Assembly: GCA_000934665.2 (NCBI GenBank)
Contig: JYFJ02003257.1
Span: 1-44,389 of the forward strand
Source of the DNA: Catajapyx aquilonaris
Lineage: Eukaryota
Direction of reading: 5' to 3'
DNA: 44,389 nucleotides
The position numbers were made by a program, and so were the translations under genes. Shown here piece by piece: positions 1-11,030 of this stretch (its first letter is position 1; each line of letters opens with the position of its first letter). The notes below the pieces were generated by a model. The model was not told where the DNA came from, ran no database searches, and saw nothing but the letters and a program-made list of their open reading frames with translations.

Positions 1-96
1 TATAGCCATAATTACTTCAAAGGTTACTACCAAATCAATGAGTCACTCCTATGGAAAAGTATTTCATAACCCGAGCAACGCCGGGTATCCTGCTAG
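1..96 (+). mobile_element. Helitron 3' terminus (element runs off the left edge)
   Basis: GC-rich hairpin CCCGAGCAACGCCGGG (70-85), followed 7 nt later by CTAG (93-96) and then T. This is the canonical Helitron 3' end. It lies in the intron upstream of the ASB terminal exon. Confidence 0.75.
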
Positions 97-277
97 TTAA
101 CTTATAAAAATTACTGATAAAGATTGTTGCTACTAAGGAGTAAATGGATGGAGGGAAAAGAAGGGGTTTGGGGTCCAGGGTCGCCTATGCTATTGTTTCC
201 TATGGTGCACTACAGGAACTGGTGGGGGAAAGTATTGATATTCCATGCCACTAATACCGCCTTAATTTGCTTCTCAG

Positions 278-849
278 AGGCAAATTCCAACTATCCAAAT
301 GGCCTGACTGGTGCTACTCCTCTCCATGAAGCAGTAGAGGGAATCCGGCGGTGTGACTACCCCACATTTGAGTCTGTCTTCCATATGCTTCGCAACTCAG
401 GTGCTCGCCTTGACTCTGAGTCATTCACCCCGGGTGATACTCCATTGTACCGTGCTCTTCTGCTGGAAAAGGATCAGGCAGCTGCCCTGCTGGTGAAGCA
501 AGGAAGTGACGTCAACTTGGGAAGGGTCTATTCCTGCAGTGTTGACAACCTAAGGTTGGCAAGAAGGAGAGGCTCTCTCTTTTTGGTTAAGTTGCTGGTG
601 ATGGCAGGATTTGACTTGTCTAGTGCAGCACATTGGTTGGAGGACAGCCCACCAGTACCAGAACCCCAAGGAGGGGTAAAAGGGTGGTTGTCACATGCCA
701 GAAGGAACCCGTTTGGCCTTGCTGAACTGTGCAGGCTGAGAATAAGGAGGCATTTGGGAGACCAGGTTTGCCAAGTGGTCAGTGAATCAAGGCTTCCTGA
801 AAGAATCAAACGATTCCTCATGTTAGAGGATGTCCAGGAGAGTGATTGA
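278..849 (+). CDS. Ankyrin repeat and SOCS box protein (ASB-like), terminal coding exon; 5' exons are outside the window
   Basis: Acceptor ttgcttctcag at 277. Ankyrin motifs GATPLHEAV and GDTPLYRAL..AALLVKQGSDVN. C-terminal SOCS box PFGLAELCRLRIRRHLG...LPERIKRFL. Stop TGA at 849. The ORF-track N-terminus (124-277) is intronic. Confidence 0.88.
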
Positions 850-976
850 ATGACTGCATCCATTTTAATTTTTTGGTGGGAAGCCATGTCTCAGTAGTTC
901 TAGGGGAAAGTGTATATATGGTGAACGTGAGCACAATGCTAACTATCCCTGCACCACACACATGCAAGGAGTCAGT

Positions 977-982
977 AATAAA
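977..982 (+). terminator. Probable polyadenylation signal of the ASB-like gene
   Basis: AATAAA about 130 nt after the stop codon. Confidence 0.5.
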
Positions 983-2318
983 GCAGTTTATTAATAGAAA
1001 TAGTCAGGCATTAATGTGAAAACATGGTGATATCCTAATGCTGAGGGTTTGGAATCAGTTAGCATTGTTTGGTTAGGTGCTTTCCATTTTAACGGAACTG
1101 TAGTCAGTATACATTGCGAAACTCCCTCATGCGGCAACAGTAGATGGTGACACCACATGACTAAAGCAGTTAGTAGAAGTTATTTGACTTCATGCAAGGC
1201 TCCTTCCCCATATGGAAGAACTATTGCTTTATGGACAGACCAGGAAGATTGAGGGTGTTCCAGAAATGTTGGCAAAGGAAGTGGCTAAACCAGAGTGTAC
1301 ATTGTTGAAGGAGATTTTACAAATTATTGTGATGCAAATTTTAAAGTACTGTACATTTCAATGTGGAATATCAATACCTACCAATTCCATGCCTGCCAGT
1401 TATTGAAAAGTAGTTCCAGTTTGTTTGTTATTTTGTAGCCTTTGAACCAGACCTCACACATTTGGGACCCTTGGGATAAAGTTTTGAAAATATTTTAATA
1501 TCTAACTGGCTTGCAGGGAATTTTTCATTCATGTACAGTATATGAAGATATATGACAAGCAACAGTGCAACTAAATGTAATATTCAGGATTAGTGATACT
1601 CTCAGCTGAAAGAGAGTTCATGGCAAGAAACTGCTGAGGGTTGATGTTGCACAAAATTATGGATTGTCTTTACATAAAAGAAATGGACTAATTAATGAAA
1701 GTGACCCAGGTCCTCTTAACTTAAAAACTTAATTTGCCCATGGTTTTGAGTTTGATTAAGGTTAGGTTGCATAAACAATGGTAAACCCTGAACAAGTAAT
1801 TAATCCTATATGGATATCATGGGATCAAACATTTGTTCTGTATGTACCTCATTTATGCAACTGGCCCAAAGTGAATGCATCTGAAAGTTAGGAGATGGAA
1901 TAATGGGGTCCTAGGCTTGGTCTGGGATTTGGGAAATTTGTACATGAACAGCTCAACCAAAGCTATAAACATGCATTCCACCACTTTTCAGCACGAAATT
2001 GTAATTACGGGATAAATTATCGTGGGTTTAAAAGTCATTCTCAAATTGGCTGGAAAAGTGGGGCGGGGGGGGTCCAAAAGGGGCATTCCCACTCCTGCCG
2101 GACAACACTGACATCAGCATACTAGACAGCAGACCATTTCCTGGCGGTAGTTTGATTCCATTGTTAGGCACACCAACAAAGCAAAGGAACAAAGGAACAA
2201 AGCAGCCCGGATGTGTTCCTGCCTCTGCACCTATCTTTTAACAACAATGACGTCAGAGGGCAATACAATACCGTATAATTATTATGAGTTTAGATCAATT
2301 ATAGCTCAAAAACTAATA

Positions 2319-2896
2319 CAGTAAAACTTATATAAGTCGAATCTCCATGGGGGCCGGAAAAAAACTTCGAGTTATAGAATATTTGAGTTAGAGAAGTTTG
2401 GATTTTTTAAAGCACAGAACTCTATAAGGAAGCCTACCTTTATATCCAGCGACAAAAGGTGTTCAAAACTTTAAAATAACTCTCATTATCACACTTACAA
2501 TGTTCCTTGTTGTTTTGATGTAAAAAAAACTATGTTATGGACATTTGCCTACTCTTAGATTCAAGGATTCAATTGTCACAATCGAGTGAAACACTTCTTT
2601 CGGTGCGTCTGGTAGAAGGAGATCAGGATATTGAGCCTTTCTGTACATGTGGCCTACTCCCGACCCTTTGGCTGGGAAATTAAAATATTTTCTCGCCAAC
2701 ATGAACTTCGACTTAGGGAGACTGAAAATGCATCATGATATCCCATCGTAAGGCCCTGCCTGCACTTCGAGTTATAGAAATCGAGTTAGGGAAGTTTATT
2801 TCCTATTATTTTACATTGTGACCAACCAAGCGCATATTTTTCTTTGACTTATAGAGAACTTCGACTTAGGGAAGTTCGACTTATAGAAGTTTACTG
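2319..2896. mobile_element. Tc1/mariner-pogo type MITE
   Basis: TIRs CAGTAAAACTTATATAAGTCGAA (2319-) and TTCGACTTATAGAAGTTTACTG (-2896), flanked by TA on both sides (2317-18, 2897-98). Repeated subterminal TTCGA(G/C)TTA motifs. No transposase ORF. Confidence 0.8.
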
Positions 2897-3136
2897 TACG
2901 TATTTTTTCAAACAAAAAACGACGGTTTTTTACATGGGTTTTCAAAATGTAGGCTAGGACCCCATTATGTTTAGGTCTCTGCTGGCAACTGCAGAGGGAT
3001 ATGAGAATAATGGAAGATAACATTGATTAATTAACCAACAGGGTAATGTGAGCAGGTCTCTTCCATGTTCGGGCAAGAATGTTAACCCTGTAGACAATGT
3101 GAGAAATACCGGCATTCTGAAGAATGCCTGGCGTTT

Positions 3137-3838
3137 TTAGGCAAGGTATGAAATGTCTGCGTTATAAATACTTTGCCTAGACTATAGGCAAACCGGCAAA
3201 GTATAGAACACTCCCGCCAGTGATGATTGGGCCCTTGTTCGGCCGTGGCCAAGCACGACAACTAGCCAAAGGTCAATTCGCTGCTGCCATGTCATTTTGC
3301 TGCAGTGAAATTGGCTGATACCTTTTGGTTTGCTGATTAAATTGGCTGCGGTCACAGTTGCTGGATCAAAATTGCTGCCAAGGGAGACATCCTCTGTGCA
3401 TCACCAAATCATTTGAAATGACAAATCGATCGAACGCAAGAGCACAATGATAAATCAGTGCGAGCTTGGATCTTGGCAAAGCCACAATAATGTTCGTTGG
3501 CCTGTGGCGCCACAAGACAGAGAGTAATGTAGCAGATACACAACAAGCTCCCAGCTTGCAAACGCTCAAATTTGCTGAAATCATCACGCAATGAGACGTG
3601 CCGTGCTTGGCAGAGTCACTTGACGGACAGTGCTGGTGCGGTCACCCCAGAGCCACACAGATGACACATACACAACAGGCACACAACACAAAGTGGTCGC
3701 AGCAAAATGACTCTGCAATGAATTGACCTTTGGCCAGTTGTCATGCTTGGCCACCACCAAGCAAGGACCCAAGCATCACTGGAAGGAGTATTCTATACTT
3801 TGCTGGTTTGCCTTTAGGCCAGATTTCATACATTGCCG
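3137..3838. mobile_element. Old foldback/MITE with long imperfect inverted arms
   Basis: Left arm (about 3185-3305, TAGGCAAACCGGCAAAGTATAGAA...TGGCCAAGCACGACAACTAGCCAAAGGTCAATTC...GTCATTTTGCTGC) is the reverse complement of about 3698-3818 (GCAGCAAAATGAC...GAATTGACCTTTGGCCAGTTGTCATGCTTGGCCA...TTCTATACTTTGCTGGTTTGCCT). The exact ends are uncertain. Confidence 0.7.
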
Positions 3839-6800
3839 GTAACAGATATAATGAATATTCCATGTCACTCTGTTGTCAATTGCATAATGTCCTTTCTTTA
3901 TTGATACTGACTTAGAGAAAATATTTTATGTTCACTGAAAGTAAATTTTAACAATTTCTTTATATGGAACATAAGTACATTTTGGGACGTGGTTATGATG
4001 CCCAGAAATATTTTTATAAATTTATGCAGTGCATCCATCTAAATGGGTGTTTATCAGTCTTTGATTTAGTGTAGTGTCACTGTTACTAGAGTGTCTTCAG
4101 ATAATTGACAGGATGACCATTGGATCAAAGGGATCAAACTGTTACCCTTCCAACAAACGGAATACATTTGATCACCTACCTGCTTTTCATGGGTGAACCC
4201 AGTGTAAATCACTCTGCAGTTGAGAGTACAAAGGACATGTAAAAAGCCGGACATGAGCCCGGACTTGGCGCCTTATACCGTACAACGGACTTGATGAGTG
4301 ATTTACCCCTTGAGTGCACACTATAGAGCAGGTATTACTACATTCTGTGATGTAACTTAGATAATTCTGGGCCATCCAAGTTCACCCCAGATAATTAATT
4401 AAGGAAAGTTTTTTATCCCCAATCTTAATATTCTGTCAGGAACTCCACATGACCGTGAATGATTTGAAAAATTCTTGTGTAAAATGAATTCAAAAGAGTT
4501 GGGACAGAGAAAATATTATCTTATGATCTGTTAAAGTCGAATTTTGCCTATATCCACCCATGCTTCAACGTTCAACCCCATAAAGTACACCATAATGCAC
4601 AACAATTGTTCGTGCAAGGACTGGGACCTGGATTATGCATATGTATCTGAAAAGGGATCTCATGTGGTGGTGAACATATAATAGTGTGAAAAAGAAAAAT
4701 CAGCTTTGTTTTCCTGCACTTGAACTGTGCAGCTGCATTGCTGCCAATGATGAAGGAACTATTAGCACGAAGCATATTTTATGCTCTAACTTACATGAAT
4801 TGATTATCATGGATTAGAACTGCTTGTGAACATAGTCTGAGCAATTTCCTCTGGCTAGTGCTTGTGAGCAAGTACAAAATACTGTACCTGTAGTTATCAG
4901 TTGCAGTGTTACTACTCCCTGTAAGGCGCACAAGCAATGCCACCCGGTGAGTGGCTACCTCTAACTTGTATAATATTACTATCCCCCCAAAGGTTTTTTA
5001 AACCCACCGGGGTATAATAAAAAAAAATATATATTACTATCATTTCAACCTTTTCCCACACCTGTCTCTGAAGGTAGCCTTATTGAAAAAGCTTTCAAGG
5101 TGATTCAAGTGCAGATAATGTAGGAAAAAAACACTATATTAAAGTATGTTATGAAATAACAGCCACCAGCTATTGAGTAAATTATGCAGGTTGTTTCTAA
5201 AATCAATCACATTACCAGATATAAAGTATCAGAAGACTAACTTTTGAATGTGAGACGTTCCATATATTGATATTAGAGATCTTGTTGAGATAATGTATAT
5301 TTTGAAACTAACCATTCCTAGTGAAGTGATGACAATTCATGCTGGTAAACATTTTCTTAGCTTACCTCCACATTTGATTGGTATTACATTATACCTGTTT
5401 GTAACCAAGGAGCCTATTACTAGTAGTAATAGGGGCTTTGCTTGTAACTTGAGGAACTTTGAGTCAGAGCATAAGATATTTACAAAGGCAGTCAACCATC
5501 ATTGTTGAATTCCTGCGCTGCTTGAGCCAGCCAAAACGTAATGAGACAGTATTTGTGGAATAGGAGAGTATTATTGATGTGTCATGTGAATATATCCATA
5601 TATCTCATTTAGACTTTTTTACTTACGAATGAAATGTATGACACTGCCATTACTGTTATTGTACTGGTTGTATTGTTTAACTGCGGGACGTTAGTTACTG
5701 AATTGTTAGAATAATCCACCTTTTCTTTATGGAAGACTGATTTGCTACCACATTTTAATTATTATTTGCCAGTACTTTTAATTTATTTTTACTTATGCGA
5801 AGGTGGCATGGATGCACTGAAACACTAGCCTGTCATACCCAGCTTACTGTTACATGTGTTACTGGCATTAGCAGCTTGTTATGAATTATGCTAGTCGTGT
5901 TTATTGGTATATATCAATAGGCAATGATTTCCATAAATTCCCTGTAAGACATGCCATTAAAAGTCCAGAGATTTCCATCATTACATTGGAGTATTTTTGA
6001 CCATCCCAAGTGACCTATAGATGAGGACTTCACCAACAGCCCGCCCAGACTGTGTGCAGCACACTAGCCTTTGACTAGCGTGCTTAGTACAGCATCACAA
6101 CATGCCAAGTGACAGGTCATAGGTATTGTTCTGCAGCATTACCATGTCGCTGAGTATGTCTTACAGTTAATTGGAACATTCTCTTCTCATGGGAGCTGCA
6201 ATATTTTTCAAATGTGTTGTTTACGTGACATGACCTTTGCATGACATATCGTGCTGAAGAATTCATGAAGGAAGTTGTTAGGTGTGGGTCGCCCTGTCAG
6301 CAGATTCCCAGTGGTGACAAATCACTGTGCTTGTCTAGCAGGTTTTCACAGCTGGGATTTGATTTGGGACCAAAACAAGGGTAACGTGGCTAGAGAATGA
6401 CGCAAGTACATTCTGGGCAATCGCAGTAGGGTGTTTGAGCGGAAGCCCAATCGTGGGGTGGGGGCCCTCCCTGCCCGCCTGCTTGCGCCTGCCCCTCCAC
6501 CCCGTCGTCCCCCAGCCGATGTGTCCTAGACCTTGAATTGGGTGGCCTTCCATGCAGCATGTGCCCTTCATTCGAAGGCTGCTCCTCAACCTTGACCGTG
6601 AGGCAGACCTTGGCCATGGGAAGCGGCCTTTGCTGCATTGCGGGGGGTCGGTCGCCTATGGCAACACCCCCCCACCCATTGGCTGGGTCTGGCCTTCCTT
6701 CCTGGGGACCTTCCTTCCTTCCTGCCTTCCTCCCCCTGATATCAAATACATGTTCCCGTGGACTACTCTACCTTTGCCGACCTACTGCCTGACACCCCCG

Positions 6801-9536
6801 TGTGCTTTATTGGGACATGCCAATTATGACGTCCCGGATTGATTGGTGACTTCCTGTCTTCCCCTCCATTCCCCCAGGATCATGTCCTGGGGATGGCAGG
6901 GCACTTGTTCGGAGGCGGATCAAGACGTATGATGTGGATCTTCATTATGATGGATTTGTCAGCTGGCTTGTTGGCACGCTCCCCGATGAAGGTCGCGCGC
7001 TTTCGTCAGGGTTGCATAGCTCTCAGGGGTATAGGTGAAGCCTCGTGACTCATCTCCCACTCGTGGGAATTGAACTAATAGATATAATTATGTAGCAGTA
7101 AACAAATTAATGTACAGTACTTGGTAAGACAAGTACAGTAGCGCGATGCAGTTCTGTTCATTTATGCTGGACATTACAGTTCGCATTGCTGCAAGCATTG
7201 TTGTATTGTTGTTTTTGGATGGGTTTGAGTAAATTGAAGTTTAAGTTGTTTGTGATGTTCAAGGTGAGCACTAGTGAGTAACGCACTAGTGCACGTGAGT
7301 AGAAGTTACCACTTCGTGAGAAGGAATTAAAGGTTAGCGCGTATCCTTGACTACAAATTAGCTTGTGTACTGTAGTTTCAGTAGCAACATTGTGCTTCCA
7401 AAGTAGTACGCGTAAGGTAGTACTGTAACATTACACAATGCTTTCGTCGGATCTCTTTGGACGTATTTAGGAAGTGACTGCGGGTGCTATATTTCTTCAC
7501 AATCTTGTTGTAATACATGTTTGGTTAATGATTTAATTCCATTACTGAATGTTACATGACAGAGTCGAAAGTTCGCAGGTTACGTGACGGGAGGGTACAT
7601 TGAATCGATCCGCTCCGCTATCATCAGCAGCCGTTACATGCGACTCCTCATTTACTAAAATATTCACAAGTCAGCAACCTGTTGGGTTTCACCTGACGAT
7701 CTAGCTATGGCTCGTTGCCCGAAAGTGTTCTCAGTACATTAATGCTGGGACTCTGACCGTTTCAAGTAACTCCGCCACCGACTTACGTGTGCACTTACAC
7801 AATACCGAGCTGATACAGTACCGTTGCGTTGTGGACTCGAGCCAAGGCTGTCATCACGCCATTGTACAATATACGCACGTTTGCACTGCGCACATGTTCC
7901 CTGTGATATCACGGAACAATTTCCGGATACCCACGGATCTGATAAAAGTCACTTATTCCAACACGTGATCGTGACGTAACAGGACAATTTCTGTAGAAGT
8001 TTTTGATGCAGTCAAGGAGAACCGGAACGCGACGAGGATCCATAAATTAACGGACCCATAAAATGTCTCGGCGCATTCCACTGTACTGCGCACATCATGT
8101 AGCCGAGCTTCTGAAATAGTGCACGTCTGGATGGGTGCCCATGTGACGGTGGTCCTTCATGGGACGCTGGACGATTTCCTGAAACTCCTGATCTGCAAAA
8201 GTGGGCAACATGCCTGCTGCTTACAGATGATAACGTTTGTTTATGGCACAGGTCGATAACTTTATCTACTCTCAACACCTGTATCGTTATCTCTCGAAAG
8301 GTGCAAACAAAATAAAGGTTTTAATTACACGTATCATGCCTCACCAGCGTGAGCAGGTCATGGTCACACGCAAGCCTCTGAGACAAGGAAGATGCCCGGG
8401 TGGGCTGCAGATGAATCAGAAAATAGCGAACGAGTGATCGATAAAATCCACCTTCACCTTCCAGCAACTCTATACGTTACACCTGCAAATATGTAGGCGA
8501 TGTGTAGCCTACTTCAATTTGTTCCAGTTTGGATTAACGTCACCCTTGTGTAGATTAGTAATGTGAGACAACATTAGTGATTATACCTGGCATGTTTGTG
8601 CACACCACTCGTAATGTACATATTATATATACCACTTTGGCTTTCATGGAACCACGTAGGGAACAAGGGCAATTTGCAACAAGTGTGGCGGCACCTGCTG
8701 GCGTGCCTTAGGCAATTACAGCGGTGGGTGTCACGTGTGGAAGTGTGCACGTGAGAGAGGCAAAAAGCACGCGTGATTCGTATAGCTGTCAGTTATGGCG
8801 AAATTCAGTGATTGATAGGAGTCTAAGAAAAGCGGGATCCGGTGTTTGCGGCGTAGAATTGCAACACTAATACACGCATTATCTCCATTCATCTGGGTGA
8901 GCAGCATGTCGTTTATATTAATACTCGTATGTATAGATGGGGAGTGGATCACGCATCATAACAAATGTGTTGATGGTATACGTATATATAGAAGGGAGTT
9001 CCCCATGGAACAGGATGTCACAGCAGTATGACGATGCCCGATTGATACGGTATACCATATTATTTTTATCTCATGGCACTCATGTCCTTATAAAGAGAGG
9101 TTGCAGAATATAGCTAGGACACCTAAAGCATTTCATATCTTATTAGGCAGTTTTATCCAATCAAATTGTTTGAGTACATTGCCCAAATGAGAAGGAACGG
9201 CACGACATAACATGTCCTGGCATCACCTCAGAACTAGAATTCATAAAGGAGCTATATTGCCACTATGTTGGCATCAGCAATGTTATGATTGTAGATGGTT
9301 ACACGGCGAATGTTTGATATCTTGACGAATATTTGACGTTGTCAGAATTGATTAGATATAGGGTAATAGTTGATGTGTATAGACATGTCAGTAATTTAAG
9401 GAACGAGTAAGCAATACCATAATTTGTCTTATCTGACGTTGTCGTTTTTTCGCAATATGTTAATCTCCGAAGGTAAAAACCCCATATCTCCGAAGTAGCT
9501 CTCTGGAGATACGATTGTTCTGTTGTAACATATCAA

Positions 9537-9575
9537 GTACCCTGATGATACTGCCAGAATGGGAAACTACGGTAC
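9537..9575 (+). other. Degenerate minimal type I hammerhead ribozyme-like relic
   Basis: GTACC-CTGATGA-TACTGCCAGAATGG-GAAAC-TAC-GGTAC. Both core boxes are present and the helix I arms GTACC/GGTAC pair. Helix II is truncated. Confidence 0.4.
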
Positions 9576-10439
9576 GCTTTATTCTTGGCCAGGTCAGTGC
9601 GCACCCGTTCCACGTTACGGTGCACTGATTGCTTCACCTGACATCATTTTTTGCGCGCGTATAATTTTCTGGTCCTTTGCCCTGAAGAGGATCCAGAGCG
9701 CGGCGATTGGTGAAGAACCATCACGCCATCGCCTACCAGCCACCGGACCGCAGAGCAGGTGAAGAAACCAGAACAACAAGTACCAACCCTTTATTACCAT
9801 GTACTGTAGGGCAATAATAATAATTGTAACAGGAAATGCTACCTCACGATATAAACTGCGCAGTACAATACGCCCACATATAGGCGAATTTCATGCGGCG
9901 TACCGGTGGTTGGTGCATCATGCCGCATAGGACCGGCGGCGGGGAAGGGCAAAGAGTGACATGTGCGCGAGGGAGGGCATATTATCGGAATGACGTCATA
10001 CCAGGCACAGGTTGGCATGCGTGGTCCGAGGTTCGGAAAGGAAGGGGAGGGGAGGGGAGGGCGAAAAAACCCAGCGGATTTTTCGGGGAGGGGCTCACCC
10101 GAGCTGAGCCTCTTTATTCGCTCTCGGCTGACAGGCTGGGTAGGTACTGCACCATTTGGTCCGATAGGGGAATGCGGCATAGGTGTATAGGTTGAGGAGG
10201 TGCTTGACGGAGCACGTGTTGAAGCAGGGGGTACTTGTTGCATCACGTGGTCCGGCTTCTCCGGCCAGTGGGTGCTGCTCCTGTCCGGATGCTGGGTACT
10301 GTTGCTGTGCATGGCCGGTTCGGTGCATGGGTGTACCTGTGGGTTGATTGGAGCCGGCGGGCGGCGGCCGGACCACGGTGCCGCCGCCGCCGGGATCGAT
10401 TATAATGGGATGGAGCGGAGTGTGCGCCGAAGGGACCAG

Positions 10440-10546
10440 CAGCCCGTTGTGGTCCGTCCGGCTGCATCCATCTGGCAACACTGAATTCGGTTTTAAAAAT
10501 AGCCATGTCCAAATTCGAAAATATTTGTCCTAATTACTCCTACAAG
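10440..10546 (+). promoter_or_regulatory. Probable Bmcp promoter and 5'UTR first exon at the edge of a GC/CpG-rich island
   Basis: GC-rich 9890-10480. TGGCAACACTG promoter-type motif at about 10473-10483. Candidate donor AAG|GTTCGG at 10546/10547 and acceptor ctgttgcag at 10869 leading into the ATG-containing exon. Confidence 0.4.
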
Positions 10547-11030
10547 GTTCGGGTGCCTGGAGCTGCTGCAGGTGTCTGGTGTTGCATTGTGTGCAGCCAA
10601 GGTGGATCTAATTAGATCACCTTGGGTGCAGCTGCATGATGAGGGTACAGTACAGCAGAATCCACTGTCAATATGTCATACTGCCTTTTCCATAAATGAA
10701 GACCTGCAGAGTTAATCACATGACATTCTGATGGCATGTGTTTTCCTATAATTAGAAAGAACTATATTAGCATGCAAGTGCTCGAGTTTGTTCACCGTAA
10801 TTTGATAGTGATGCAAATAGTGTTGGAAATGTGCCACACCTTGTCAATGTTATTTCTCTTCTGTTGCAGCTTGCATTATTTGTGGAGCCGAGACAGTGTA
10901 ATCAGTGAGCAGCCCCTGCACTAGTTACACGATTGGAGCGGCTTGCTTTCTGGGCAGTAGTGAGGTGTTATTTGACACGGAGAATAAGGTGACTGGGAAG
11001 TGAGTTGGAGTGGTGCATCTCAGAAGTGGG

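Noticed and set aside
3117..3160. Second hammerhead-like motif (CTGAAGA..stem..GAAATGTC)
   Set aside because: Helix I arms do not pair, and the sequence is part of the subterminal repeats of the adjacent foldback element.
4747..4840. C/D box snoRNA (ATGATGA...CTGA)
   Set aside because: Weak terminal stem, no rRNA complementarity I could recognise, and no evident host intron on that strand.
6880..7045. Selenoprotein or frameshift gene on the minus strand (ATGCAACCC-TGA-CGA..)
   Set aside because: No redox motif, no recognisable SECIS or antizyme context; the short frame ends in further stops.
9839..10533. Cluster of overlapping 60-157 aa ORFs
   Set aside because: Expected in a GC-rich promoter island; no homology or coding-like pattern.
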